Shown one piece after another: positions 13,101 to 25,900 of a DNA stretch of 64,000 nt. Position 1 is the stretch's first letter. Each line of letters begins with the position of its first letter. A program made the position numbers and the translations under genes. Where the stretch lies: contig ML992517.1 of NCBI GenBank assembly GCA_010093995.1, forward strand, positions 262,677 through 326,676. The letters are read 5' to 3'. This stretch comes from Elsinoe ampelina. Its lineage: Eukaryota. The notes under the pieces were generated by a model. The model did no database searches. It was given only the letters and a program-made list of their open reading frames with translations, and was not told the origin of the DNA.

Positions 13101-13790
13101 ATACACGTAAAAACATCAAAAAACACGAAAATTTCACGAAAAGTCACGTTGTAATTATACCTACTCGACCACTCTATATTTTATGTTAGAGTAAGGCTAT
13201 AATACCTTCCCTTTCCTTAAATAAGTCCTTAAAGTCTTTATATTCTAGTAGAAGTACTTAATTACTTACGCTAGCGATAGCTCTAACTATTAGTCGTACC
13301 TATACTATTCTTATAGTTAGTATCTATAGAGCTAATTATACTTCCTATATTCTATAATTATACTTAGGGAATTCGAGTGTTTCTTTAATCTAGTCTACTT
13401 CTAGATTGTGTTATTAAAGCTAGTCTATACTAAGTACTATATTATACTATATATTAACTATATTAATTAGTTGTTTTTCTATATTTATTTTAATTTTAAT
13501 TATAATATTTTGTAGTTCTTAAGTAACTTTCCTATCCTTTTCTATAGAGGTTCTATCTACTATAGTAAGTAGGTAAGGTAACTCCTTCTAGTGTTAATAA
13601 GGTTTAAGCTAATTAGTAACTATTATAGAAACGTAGCTATAGTTAGCTCCTAAATCTATTATTACTCTTACCTTACTTCCTTATATCTAGGCTTCTAGTA
13701 TAAAGTAATTCGACATATAGATCTTTATTATATTAAGGCTTTAGCTAGTATTGTTATTATACCTCGATAGGTAATAACTAGCTAGTTTTT
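10055..13790 (-). pseudogene. pol remnant of B (PR, RT, RH, IN, chromodomain), interrupted by the MITE; ends approximate
   Basis: RT region ~12240-12620, RNase H Y(D)KELL ~11690, RI(HP)VF(H)..LLE and YYLI.(W)K(G)Y...NT(W) chromodomain at ~10110-10330. Confidence 0.88.
12767..13176. mobile_element. 410-bp non-autonomous fold-back element (MITE), hAT-like by TSD length
   Basis: TIRs tagggtggttaagtgggta (12767-12785) / tacctactcgaccactcta (13158-13176), 8-bp TSD TATTTTAT (12759-12766, 13177-13184), ~160-bp inverted arms 12810-12970 / 12997-13157. Confidence 0.9.
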
Positions 13791-14525
13791 TATTATTATA
13801 GCCTCTTAGATAAGTAGTTAATCCCTCCCTGTATATATCTATTATTAGTACTATATCTACTAAGCTAGCTATATTTTGTCGTTGTTTAATATAGTAAGGT
13901 AGACTTCTAGAGCTTAAGTCCCTTAATAGCTATAAAGTCTAATAATCCTCTATTAGTTATACTAAGTAGTACTATATACTTATATTAGTATAACTATTCC
14001 CTCTAGATATAGCTACGTATTAGCGTTAAAGATAAACACGAGTTATATAGACTTATCTTATTATGTCCTAGTCTAGTAGTAGATGTATATTATTATATAA
14101 TTTCTCTATATCCCTATAAGGTATACTTTAAGTCGTCCGCCCGGTAGTAGTATATTATCGTTGTTATTATTAGATAAGTTCTTATCTATGTTATTATATT
14201 ATAGTTATTTAATGTATTTTTCGTTATATTTCTCTTTGTCGCTACTGTCTCTAGTATAGTTATAATTAGTAAAGCTATACTAAGTACATTCTCGTACTTA
14301 GCTATAGAGAGTAGTACTACCTATCTTAATTACTAAGAAGTCTATAGTATACTCGAGACTTATAGCCTCTTCTCTAAGTACATTATATAAGTAGATAGTG
14401 TAGTACTACTTATAATTTAGATTTATACATTTCTAGAGCGATATATAATATACCTTTCCTTATAGTTTGCTATAAGAGCTAAAGGTAAGACTACTATATT
14501 ATTATATAGCACTTGCGTCCTAATA

Positions 14526-14756
14526 TGTTAGGGGTAAATTATATTAATACTAGTAAGTATATATAATAATTAACTTATAGTAGTATAAGGATAGCTCTTA
14601 ATTAGTAGTACAAATAATACTTAAGGAAGCTAACTTCCTTAGCTAGTATATAGTAAGATTAGAGCCTACACGTATAGGCTATCCGAAGCTAGCTAGACTC
14701 TAGATCCTTATACCTAATTAGAAGCTTACACCTTATCTCTAAAAATCTCTATAATA
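14526..14756 (-). repeat. 3' LTR of C
   Basis: Starts TGTTA; direct repeat of 21379-21609. Confidence 0.95.
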
Positions 14757-15128
14757 TTACTTCCTTCTCTAAGCTAATGTCCTTAGTAGCTAGCCTTAAT
14801 AAAAACCTATTAGCCTTTATAACTATTATAGGAAAAGAGTATCTAGTATTACTACTTTATCTACTTATATTCCTTATATAATTTTTACACAGTCTATATA
14901 TAATTAGTAAGGTTATTGTAGCTTTATCGCTTCTAGAAAGGTAAGTAATATACGCTTTATTTAGGCTTTATTTAGGATTTTTACCTCCTAGGCCCTTAGT
15001 GCTAGGACTACCTTTATTACGTAGGACAATAACAATAAATATAGCTAGAATATATTTCTATAATGTACCTACACTTCTTAACTTCCTTAATAACACTTAT
15101 TACATATACCGCACCTTCTTTGCCTATT

Positions 15129-16112
15129 ATAGTTGCCTTTAGTAGACTAATATATATTAGCTCTACTACCCTTAGTTACGCCTATAACTATGCTTTCCGC
15201 TACTAAGTTACCTATAACATAACTATACTCTATATACTGACTTATATACGCTATATATATAAGATTATAAAGCATAGTATAATTTATAGTAGGCTAGACC
15301 TTAAGAGGTATAACTACTATACTAGAGGTAATAGATCTTCTTATACTCTAGTAAGAACTTTACTAAGTAATACTCTTCTACGACATTACTAATACACTTA
15401 GGTTCCTATTGTATTTAATAGTTGTATTAAGTATATATACTAGTTCTATAATACTTATATCTAGGCTATTAATACTAGTACCTTTCCTAGGAATAGGAGA
15501 AGCTAAGACTCTACTATCTAGCGTATAGACTTAGCTCTTATACGTGCCTAGTATACCCTTACTTAGTAGCTTAAGTATTATAGGCATATTATAGCTCTTA
15601 GAGAAAATCCCTTAGAAATGCTAACTAAGGTGCCTAAGTCTAGCCCTAACATAGAGAGGCTATAGCTATTAGAGTAGAGGAGAATTACTAATATCCTAGA
15701 ATAGATAGCTATTTAGTAGTTTAGCTATGTAAGTTTATACTCTACTTGCTTCTAGTTTGTATACTAATAGCTAGAATAGCCTAGTCCTCTTAGGTTTAGT
15801 AGTAGAGCTCCTAGTAGTAGGCCTTATCTATACTTTAGGCCTAGTAGTAGTCCTAGGGGTAGTAGTAGTAGTAGAGGTAGAAGTAATAGTAGCAGGGGTA
15901 GTAGCGTAAGTTTATACCTGCCTATTACCTATATCGTATACTAATATCGTAGCTAGGGTAGTAGGGGTAGTAATAATAGTAATAGGGATAGGGATAGCCC
16001 TAGCCCTAATAGAGATAGGGAGGATAGAGAGAATAGAGATAATAAGGATAGTAATAATAGCAAGAATAGTAATATAAGCTAGAGCCTACCTATTATCTAC
16101 ACCGCTTACTAA
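15129..16112 (+). pseudogene. Antisense, apparently three-intron accessory gene of C: six-Cys motif, helical middle, Gly/Asp-rich tail
   Basis: Six TAT codons spaced x2-x10-x7-x2-x7 at 15243-15344. Three GTAAG...TACTAAT...TAG units at 15351-15401, 15729-15779 and 15906-15956. agt/aat runs are consistent with RIP of ggt/gat codons. Confidence 0.65.
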
Positions 16113-16539
16113 TCTTATAGTTTAGAATAATAAGGAAGATAGAAGTAAGAGAGGTAATAATAGTAAGGAGTTTAGTAGTTTAAGTAATAAGGATACTAAT
16201 AACTAGATAGACGTAGTATAATCGCTGTTATGTATTATATTAATCGCTTACTAATAGCATAGCTAGGATAAAGAGAATAACTTAGATATTGTTATTAATA
16301 AGGATAAGAATAATAAGTAGTCGTCGCGCTTGTCGCTTATAGGTCAGCTATATAAAGCATATATAGTATAGGTATTTCTAGCATTATTCTTGTAAAGATA
16401 CTAGGCTAAAGAGCTATAGATAAAAATAGACAGTCTTAATCCTTAAGCTAATGTTTCTATTAAAGTTATAAAGCTAAAGTCTCTAGTACTAAGTATCTTA
16501 TTATAAGTATATAATAGTATTACTACAAGTTATTTATTA

Positions 16540-19500
16540 TTTACTACTAAGTTGCTTATTCTTCTCTTAACCCTAGCTATGCTTACTACTTTCTCTAAAC
16601 TTCCTTAATAAGTTATCTATCTCCTTAAAGTCTTTTTCCTTTATCTATAAGCTTTTAGTCTTATTATATCCTTCCTACTTAAGTAGATATTTCTTCTTTC
16701 TTACGTATATAGTATACTCTATAAGAATCTTCTTTATATACTAAACTTATTCTCTATCTTCTACTAACTCTAGGGCTCTTATGTTTAGTAATTCTTCCCC
16801 TTCCCTAGGGTAAAAGAGCTTTAGAAGAGATATATAAAACACAACGTGTATATAATAAGAGCTTAGTAGCTATAGGTAATATACCTAAGAGTTAATTGCT
16901 TCTTTAATATAAAATAGACCTACGAATTTGTCTATTAGCTTTCTACTTAGAGCTTTAAGCTTAAGGTTCTTTATGTTTAGCTATACTAAGTCCTTTAGCT
17001 TAAACTTTATTAGGGTATACTTCTTATTATAGTACCGGGTTTAATACTTAGCTACGGCCTTTAAGCACTCTTAAAGATTTACTTATAGTATTTATATATT
17101 TTATACTTGTTATATAGCTACTAGTACTTCCCCCTCTAGCTACCTATCCTTAGGTAGGTTATAGAGGATTAGGTACTTTCCTAGAATAATAAAGAACGGA
17201 GTTTTCTTTATTGCTATATATATTAAGTTATTATATATAAATTTAGCTATATAAAGCAAATTTGGCTAGTCTTTAGAATACTCTCCTATAAATACTTAGA
17301 GGTAGTATTTAAGTGTTTAATTCTAGCGTTCTATTTGCATATCGGTTTATAGATAGAAAGCTATACTTAACCTACGCTTTACCTATAGTTAATAGCAAAT
17401 TTTAGTCTAGAACTAGCTTATAAATAGAGATTCTCTATCTAATATAATTCTTTTCTATATACTATATTTACAAATTACATACTTAAAGTAGACATCTATA
17501 AAGTCTTTTATAGTCTATATCTCCTTAGCTATAATATAGATTACTAGCTTTAATAATCTATTATAAATTACTAAGATTATGTTATATATGCTACTATTAT
17601 ATATTATAGAGGAGAGCTTTATAATAAAGTCTAGTATAACTTCTTTAAAGATATTAGAAAGAATAGGTAGAGATAATAGCTTACTATATAGTATATACTT
17701 TAGTGCTTTTAACCTTTAGTATATGCTATATGTCTTAATATACTTATACACTTCCTAATCTAATAATAGCTAGTAGTAGTATCTACTAATTAGATTATGC
17801 GTTCTTATAGCGCTATAGTAGCTAGCTATATAAGAGTTATAGTATTAATATAAGATTTCTTATCTTAGACTTAGTTTATTAGAAATATAGAGCCTACCCT
17901 TATATATAAGAGTTTTATCTTTATATTTATACTATGCTAGCGACTTCTTACTGCTTTAGGTATGCTCTTCCTGCTCTAGATTAGCTATATACTTTAAAGT
18001 AAAAGTATTCCTCTACTAAAGTATATAGATAGTCTATAACATTAAAGTATCTCTTACTAATATAAGTTTACTAGTAATAAGTACTCTTACTAGACAGCGT
18101 AGTATATATAGTATATATTCTATAGCACTAGTAGTTAGGCTAGATCTACGTTTATAGGTTATAGGCTATTAACCTATAACCTCTAAGCTATACTTAGGAG
18201 TAGAGCTAATCCTACTAACAAGTTATACTCTTATAGTAACTAGACCTAATCCTAGTTTACTTACTAAGTTTAGCTTATGTTATAAGGTAGAGAGTAATCT
18301 TATAAGCGCGTAGTTCTCCTTAAAGTAGTCTACTCTCCTTAAGGGCCTATTAGCTAGATTTAACTTGCTAGAGTAGTACTAGACTTCGAAGTTAAAGGCT
18401 CCTAGGTAGGACACCTATTACGCCTAGCGCGAGTTAAGCTTACTTATGTCGTATATACCTTATAGGTTATTATAGTTACTTAGAACCTATATAGTATACT
18501 AAGTGCCCTTAAGGTAGTAACGCTACTACTTAAAGCAATAGACAATTACGTATAGTTCTTAGTTATATACCTCCTAGATATGCTCTACTCTCTAAAGCTT
18601 CTTAGAGATAAAGACAACTAGGTGCTATTTCTCGTCTTTATATAGCTAGGAGAGAATACCTACTACTATAAAGGTTAATATATCTATCTCTAGGCGTATT
18701 AGTAGCTAGGGGTCGAAATGTTATAGTAAAGGCGCTTCTATAAAGCATGCTTTAAGCTAAATAAAGCTAGCTTCTATAGCTTCTAGCTATATAAAGGTAG
18801 ATTACTCTTTCTTTAAGAGATCTATTATAGAGGCTATTAGTTTTGTATAATTCTAAATAAATCTATAATAGAAGTTAGTAAAGCTAAGGAATAACTAAAG
18901 CTCCTTAATGCTAGTCGGTTAAGGCTATCTAGAGATAGTTACTACTCGCGTAGAATTAGCGTAGATACCTCGTATATCTATAATAAACCCTAAGAAGAAT
19001 ACTTACTTTATAGTAAAGATATACTTAGACAGGTTTATAAATAGTTTAGCCTATCTTAACTATTTAAGAATAGCGCTTACTACTCGCTAGTAGGCATCTA
19101 GATCTTTGCTATAAGTATAGATAAGAATATTATTTAGGTATACTATACATAGATAGTCTACTAATCCTTTAAGAGTCTAGTTAATATAGGCCTAGAAGGT
19201 AGTAGGTATATTAGTAAGCTTAAAAGGTATAACTAGGTATTTAAAATAGCTATAATATATTCTAAAGGTAGTCTTCTACTTATCTCCTAGGCTAATACAG
19301 ATTCTGTTATAAGTATCCTTTAGATCTAGAGTTATATAGTAATATATGCCTAATAGGTAGTCTAGCGTCTTACTAATTAAGGAGAGTAGGTAGTAATCCT
19401 TTATAGTAATAGAGTTAAGGCCCCTATAGTTAATATATAAATAAAAGGTACTATCCTTCTTTAGCATAAATAGGATAGGTACCCCTACTAGGCTTATACT

Positions 19501-21330
19501 ATAACGAATCTAGCCCTTCTTAAGTATATCTTTAAGGTATAATTATAGTACCTTAAGCTTATATAAAGAGAAGTTATAGAGCAGGCTATAAGGTAGCTCC
19601 TTACCTAGTAGAATAGGAATTTAATAATTCTCTTCTTTAGTAGTAGGCAGGATTTTAGTAGTATTAGTATTAAAGACGTCCTAGTAGTCTAATAATGTAT
19701 CTAGTACCTAATTTTCCTAGGAGACACTTGCGATTTAGACGTAGATAATAACTTTCTTGCCTTAGAGGTTACTATAAACTACACCTAAGAAGTATATATA
19801 GCTCTCCTCTTATTCTAGCTACTAGATTATTACTATCTAGATACGTAACTTGTCTTTAATACCCTAAGCCTAAGTCTGCTATCTATAGTCTAGCTATATA
19901 GCTTCTCTTTATAAGAAGGAGTTACCTAAGAGTAGCTCTAGCTCTTCTTTATCTACTCTATAAGTAATAGTTTTAACCTAGTATATTACGCCTCGGTTAT
20001 TAGTAAGTATTACCTATATCTTATATATAGTATATATAGCTTTCCTTTCTAACTCTACCTAGGCTAGTTAAGGTAGGTTACTTAGTACTAAGTTAAGGTT
20101 TATCTTAATTACTATATACTAGCTAATAAGGCTAACCTCTACTTAAGGATCTAGAATAACTTCTACCTTATAGTCGACCCTAGTTGCTTCTATTATAATG
20201 TAGATATAATATATCCCCGGTAAAATGTTAATAGCTCTATACCTTATAGTTCCGGAGGTAACTACGAAACTTAGCCTTTTCCCTAGGCCTGTCTTACGTA
20301 AGTAATAGGCTTCTTATTAGCGTCTAAGAGTTAGGCTTTCTTTCTATACTTATTTATATAGTAGCCTATCTTCTTATAGAAGTAGTATTTAACTTTCGAC
20401 TTATAGGAGAAGTCTTTCTTAGGGGCTAACTCCTCTTTATATTAATCCTTACGTTATAGCTTTTAGCTATATCTAGCTAAGTAATTACAATAGTTCTATA
20501 GCTTACCTATGCCCTATAGGTTATACTCTAGCGTAGATCCTAAGATAATAAGACCTTCTCTTGTTAGAGGTATAGTATAGTAGTTTATAATTACTTACTA
20601 AAGTTCGAGGCGAAGTTTTAAAAATAGGTACTATATATAGTACTTCTCTAAGTAGGGGGGTAGCTAGTCCTTAATTGTTTCTAAATAGGTAGTAAAGGCC
20701 CTAATACTCTATCTAGGAAGTTATAGCGTAGTAGTATACATAGTAGTTGCTTCTAGAGTGTAATTAATAGAATTAGAGAGCATATCTAGTAGAAAGGTCT
20801 TAAATTAGCCCTAGGTATACGATTTTATAAGTGGCTTGTACTTTATATAAGAGTATTATACTTCGTATAGGTCTCTTATAAGATACTAACTTACCTAAGT
20901 AACTTTCTCTTATTCTAACTAGAAGTTCTCTAGAGTAAGCTAGAAGGCTATCTTATAGCTCTAAGTAAATTCCTTATATTCTCTTAGGTGTTTCTCTTTA
21001 TATTTCTTAGAATTCTTTAGCCTTATACTACGCTTTATATACGAAGGTCCTATATCTTAAGAGGTATAGCACTTATAACTTCTAGCTACTAATCTTGTTC
21101 CTATATTACTTTAGATCTTAATACTATTTAGATTTACTCCTCTCTTAAGGAAAGCAATTTGTTTCTTAATCTATCGGAGAGTCTATTCCTATAGGAGATA
21201 ATCCCTTTACTATTCTATATTATAGATATGCTTCTCGAGCGAGGTAGTTACTACTAGTAGTTCTCCCGGAGTAGTTATAGGGGTTCCTATACCCTTCTTA
21301 TTACTAATAGAGCCTAACTATGTCCTTATA
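16540..21330 (-). pseudogene. gag-pol remnant of C; ends approximate
   Basis: Zinc knuckle K(C)YF(C)KKIG(H)YINK(C) ~20345-20400. The ORF-track peptide 19276-19467 is an RT fragment (KKD..LYINYRGLNSITIKD..LDLKD). IVYL(DD)ILIY ~19120-19146; chromodomain KYLLK(W)EGY ~16660-16700. Confidence 0.92.
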
Positions 21331-21378
21331 ATAGCTATTCTTAGACTACTTCCTAAGTAGAGTAAGGAAGTATTATTA

Positions 21379-21609
21379 TATTAGGGGTAAATTATATTAA
21401 TACTAGTAAGTATATATAATAATTAACTTATAGTAGTATAAGGATAGCTCTCGATTAGTAGTGCAAATAATACTTAAGGAAGCTAACTTCCTTAGCTAGT
21501 ACGTAGTAAGATTAGAGCCTATATATATAGGCTATCCGAAGCTAGCTAGACTCTAGATCCTTATACCTAATTAGAAGCTTATACCTTATCCCTAAAAATC
21601 TCTATAATA
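21379..21609 (-). repeat. 5' LTR of C
   Basis: Direct repeat of 14526-14756. Confidence 0.95.
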
Positions 21610-22975
21610 TAATACTTTATTTTAATAATTATATATTAGTAATTATCGCTAACTACCTTCTAAGGTTAGTTAATATCGCTACTAATTATAGAAAGCCTTT
21701 CTAGGTTAACTCCCTAGTCTAGCTATTTTATTAGTTACCTACGCTTAGATAGCTTATATAGGAACTAACTAGATTCCTACTTATCTAATAAGTAAATATA
21801 ACAAGAGTTATTATAATATACTATCTATAATAGCGTCGCGTATTAGCTCTACTACTTATTGTTAGTTATAGAGATATTAAGTATAATATCTAAAGAGAAT
21901 TCTCTTATCTCTTAAGTTATTATAGATCTCTTCTATGTTTCCTTACCTACGCTAAAGGTTATTAGGTCTTCTATAGTAGTGTTAGCCTTTATCTCTACTA
22001 GCCTAGCAACTATTATATATAATCTATTAGCTAGCGCCCCTTATTAGTAGTCCCTAGCTCGATACCTAAGTCTTTTATATTTAAAATATAAGTTGTCTCG
22101 TTTATACTTCTCTCTCTCTTTTCTACTAAGGAACTTTCCTCTATAGCTATAGCCTTATACCTATAAGGGGTAGCTTTCGCGTATAGCGTTAAGTTCTATA
22201 GAGTCTCTATAGTTTCGAGAAGAACATATATATCTAGTATTTACCTTATATTCTCTATAATATTCTATACGTCGTTCGTAAAGTCTATTATTAATAGCAA
22301 TTATAGTGTCTACTAGTTCTTAAAGGCTATTAGGTAGCTTAAGTATTATTTAGTCTTTAACTAAGTCGCTTAGTCCTTAGTAAAATACTAAGTGTTTAGT
22401 ACTATTATTCTAGTCTAGGTATATTATAAGTTATTAGAATTAGAAATAGTACTAGGCTATAGACCTACGTTATTATAGTTATTAGATCTTTGTCGTAGTA
22501 ATATATTCCTTATCTAATACGTTAAAGACTTACTTAATCTTAGCCTAGAATAGACTAAAGCTTTTAAAGATAGCCTTTATGTCTAGACTTAGTTACCTAT
22601 CTAGGTAGCCTTCTATATAGAGTTTAAACTACCTAAAGGTAGTACTCTTAAGCTATATACTAGTATAGAGGACCTTAGCTATATTATTAGCGTACTTATC
22701 TCTCTCTAGAGTAAAGAAGGCCTTAAGCTAGATAAGGAAGTACCTTAGGTAGGCGCGGTCTCTATAGAAGAGTTCTATCTCTACCTTAGGCTTACCTCGA
22801 CCTTTGCCTATACTAATAGACCTTCTATATTTACTCGAGGTTAAACTAGTAGTAGATATATCGTTAATAGTAAGTCTTCCTAGCTTACTAGTAATTAAAG
22901 ATATTAATAGTAACTTAGAGTAAGAGTTACTTATTAACCTTATAACGTACTATACTATAGTAAGAGTAGTTAAAA

Positions 22976-25900
22976 TGTTATAAACTATCTAAACATAGCC
23001 TACACTAGTAGTCTAAGCTAAGCTAAGAACAAGGTAGTTCTACTTCTATAGTAGTATAGTACTAAGGTAAGAGTTAGAGAAGGTATATCTTATAGATAAT
23101 AAAGTATAATTAGATAGTATTATAAAGGCTAGCCTTAGTAATACTAGTGTTTACTATCTAGATAAGGTTAACTATAGTACTTATAGAAGGTAAGGACTAT
23201 ATACTATATATAGTGTACTTTATAGCGTAAGGGTTTAGTAGTGTTAGAGTATTAGTAGTAAAGCTACTATTCTATAAACTAATTACGACTAGCAAGACAA
23301 GAGGTTTATTATGTCTATTTATTAAGATATTAAGACTTAGAAGAAGAAGAAGAAAAGCTAGTATATAAAGCACGCGTAATATCGAGGGTAGAGTAGCTAG
23401 AAGCCTAGGCTATAATACCGAGATTATATAACTAATCTAAACTAGATCCTAACTAAATCTAGTTCGTATCTATCTCGTATTACTACTCTCTCTCTTAAGC
23501 GTGTTTACTCTTAAACGCTATTATATATTATTTATTAATCTATTTCGGCCTTAGCTTATCTATGTAAGAGTCTAGATAGTCGCGTAGCACGTTAGTTACT
23601 CCTTTAAGGTTGTTAATTAGCTACTAGGTAAGATCCTCTAGATAGCTCTTTTAGCTTATATAAGTAACTAGCTTCCCTCGTAGTATACGTATGTTAATTA
23701 CGTTATCTACCTTATACTCTTTCTTACTATCGATCTCTACTAGAGGTAGTTCCTTAAAGGCTTAGCCTAGTAGAGGGTTATTTAGGTGCTTAGTAAGGAG
23801 GTTAGTATAGAACATAAAGTAAATCCTTTATAGAGTAGCTAGTAGATCGAGCTTATATACTAATAGCAACTGTTTTTTAAGGATCTTATAAGGACTAACA
23901 TGCTTTAGTAGTAGCTTTAGATTGCTCTATAGCCGAAGGTTTTTCGTCGATAACTACACTAAATCGCTAGCTTTAAACTCTATTAGCTAGCGGTGTTTAT
24001 TAGCTTACTCTACTATTTATAACTAAGTAATAGTAAGGCTAGCTTTAGTAATAGTAAGGGCTTCTTCTAGTTATTTAGTAAGCGCGCGAATTTTAGCCTT
24101 ATTAAGCTTAGCTCTTGTTAATAGTACATCGGCAGGGAGCTAGAAGCTTATTCTTAGCTTATATCCTCTAGTTACCTCGAATAGTAATAGCTTAGTACTT
24201 TCCGAGGGGTTAGCGTTTATAGAGAACTCTATAACTAGTAGAATAAGAGTCTAATTACTAAACTATGTTATATAGGATCGAATAACTCGTTTAAACTCTT
24301 AGTTTATAACTTCTAATTAGTTGTCTATTTAAGGGTAGCTAGTAGTAGATAGCTTAGCTATAATCTTTAGGATCTAGTAGAGTCTCTTTTATACGTCGCT
24401 AACGAACTAAGGGCCGTAGTTAGAGGTAATACTATCTAGTAGGCTATATAGTTTCTACACGTAGAAGAATAATAGCTTAGCTATCTTAAACGTAGAGGTT
24501 TCTCCTTCTCCCTAGAAGTAAGAGATTAAGTGTCGCTTCTTAGATAAGTAATCGACAACACATAGTACTACGTTATAGCTATCTACTAGGGGTAGGCTAG
24601 TAACGAAGTCTATAGTAATATGTTACTAAGGCCTTACCGGAATAGGTAATAGCGATAGGAGGCTAGCTAGTAAGCTATAGCGAGCCTTTAAGCGCTTATA
24701 GTTGTAATAGTTAGCTACGAACCTCTTAACAAAGTTATTATAGCTTAGGATATAAAAGGTAGTCTTAATTATAGTAGCCGTTTTAGTAGCTCCTTTATGT
24801 ATATAGTCCTTCGATGTATAGACTTCTTAGATAACCTTTACGGCTATTAACTACAGCACGAATAGTTAGCTAGCGACCTATAACATCCCTTTATTAATAG
24901 TAACATCGCTTAATAGTAGCTATTTCCTCTTTAGGAAGGCCTCTATTATATAGTAGATGCCTCTAACTGTTTTGCACTTAGCGTCTTATAAGTTAGCTTT
25001 AGCTACTTCTTTAAAAAGGAGTAAAGATTCTTCCGCGGCTAAGATAGGTACTACGTAGATACCTAGTTCGGCGGCCGAAATAGGCGCCGATATAGGTAGC
25101 GAAATAGGAGGCAAAATCGGTAGCGAACTAGATAGCGAACTACTCTATAAACTAGATGCTAAACTAGATCTTAGTTCGGCTTAGATTAGTAATCTAGTTT
25201 AGATGCGACCTAGATTTAGTTCGTTAATAATGCGCTAATCTAGCACCTTATATAGTAGTAGCGTCTAGCGTAGATTAGAGTCTTCTCTTAAACGTAGTAT
25301 ATCTCTATTTCTTCTTATAAGCGTATTAGCCTTGCCGTTAGCGGCGCTAGGCCTATATATAATCTTAAAGTTAAACTATGTAAGGTAGAGAACCTAGCGT
25401 ACTTAGAGGCGTAATAGCTTCTAAGTCTTTATAAAGTATATTAAGAATTAGTAGTTAGTAAGAACGTAGATAGCCTTATTAGATTAAGTACTTATAAGCT
25501 TAGAGGCCTATTCCTTAAAGGCTTAGATAATTACTAGTAGTTCCTTGTCGTAGATAGCGTAGTTACGTTCGGCTTTATTTATAGATTTACTAAAAAAGGT
25601 AATAGGCTAGAGAACGTTAGACTCGTTATATTATAATAGAATTCTAGTAGTAGTAGTGTTAAAGGCGTTAGTCTTAAGGACTATCTACTTCGAGCGATTA
25701 AAATATATAAGGATAGACACACTTATAATAGTATACTTTATGTAGTTAAATACAGTAGTGTACTTGTCGTTTTATAGTATAGTATCCTTCTTAAGGAGAT
25801 TATTTAGTAGCTTAGCGATAGTGCTAAATCCCTTAATAAAGTAGCGATAGTAGCTATAGAAACTAAGAAAAGCTTCTTACCTAAGTAGTGTTACTAGGAG

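Larger units (their letters stand above)
14526..21609 (-). mobile_element. Ty3/Gypsy chromovirus family C, full length 7084 bp
   Basis: 231-bp LTRs 14526-14756 and 21379-21609, TSD TAATA (14521-14525, 21610-21614), PPT complement ttacttccttctct at 14757. Confidence 0.95.
13780..22880 (-). pseudogene. gag remnant of B, split by element C (segments ~21615-22880 and ~13780-14525)
   Basis: CX2CX4HX4C knuckle NL(C)FK(C)KRL(GH)RARD(C) at ~22045-22100, followed by a long C-terminal extension. Confidence 0.75.

Noticed and set aside
15840..16075. agt/aat microsatellite
   Set aside because: Better explained as RIP-mutated Gly/Asp codons of the antisense gene.
19276..19467. 63-aa ORF as a functional gene
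   Set aside because: Stop-free fragment of the RIP-destroyed reverse transcriptase of element C.
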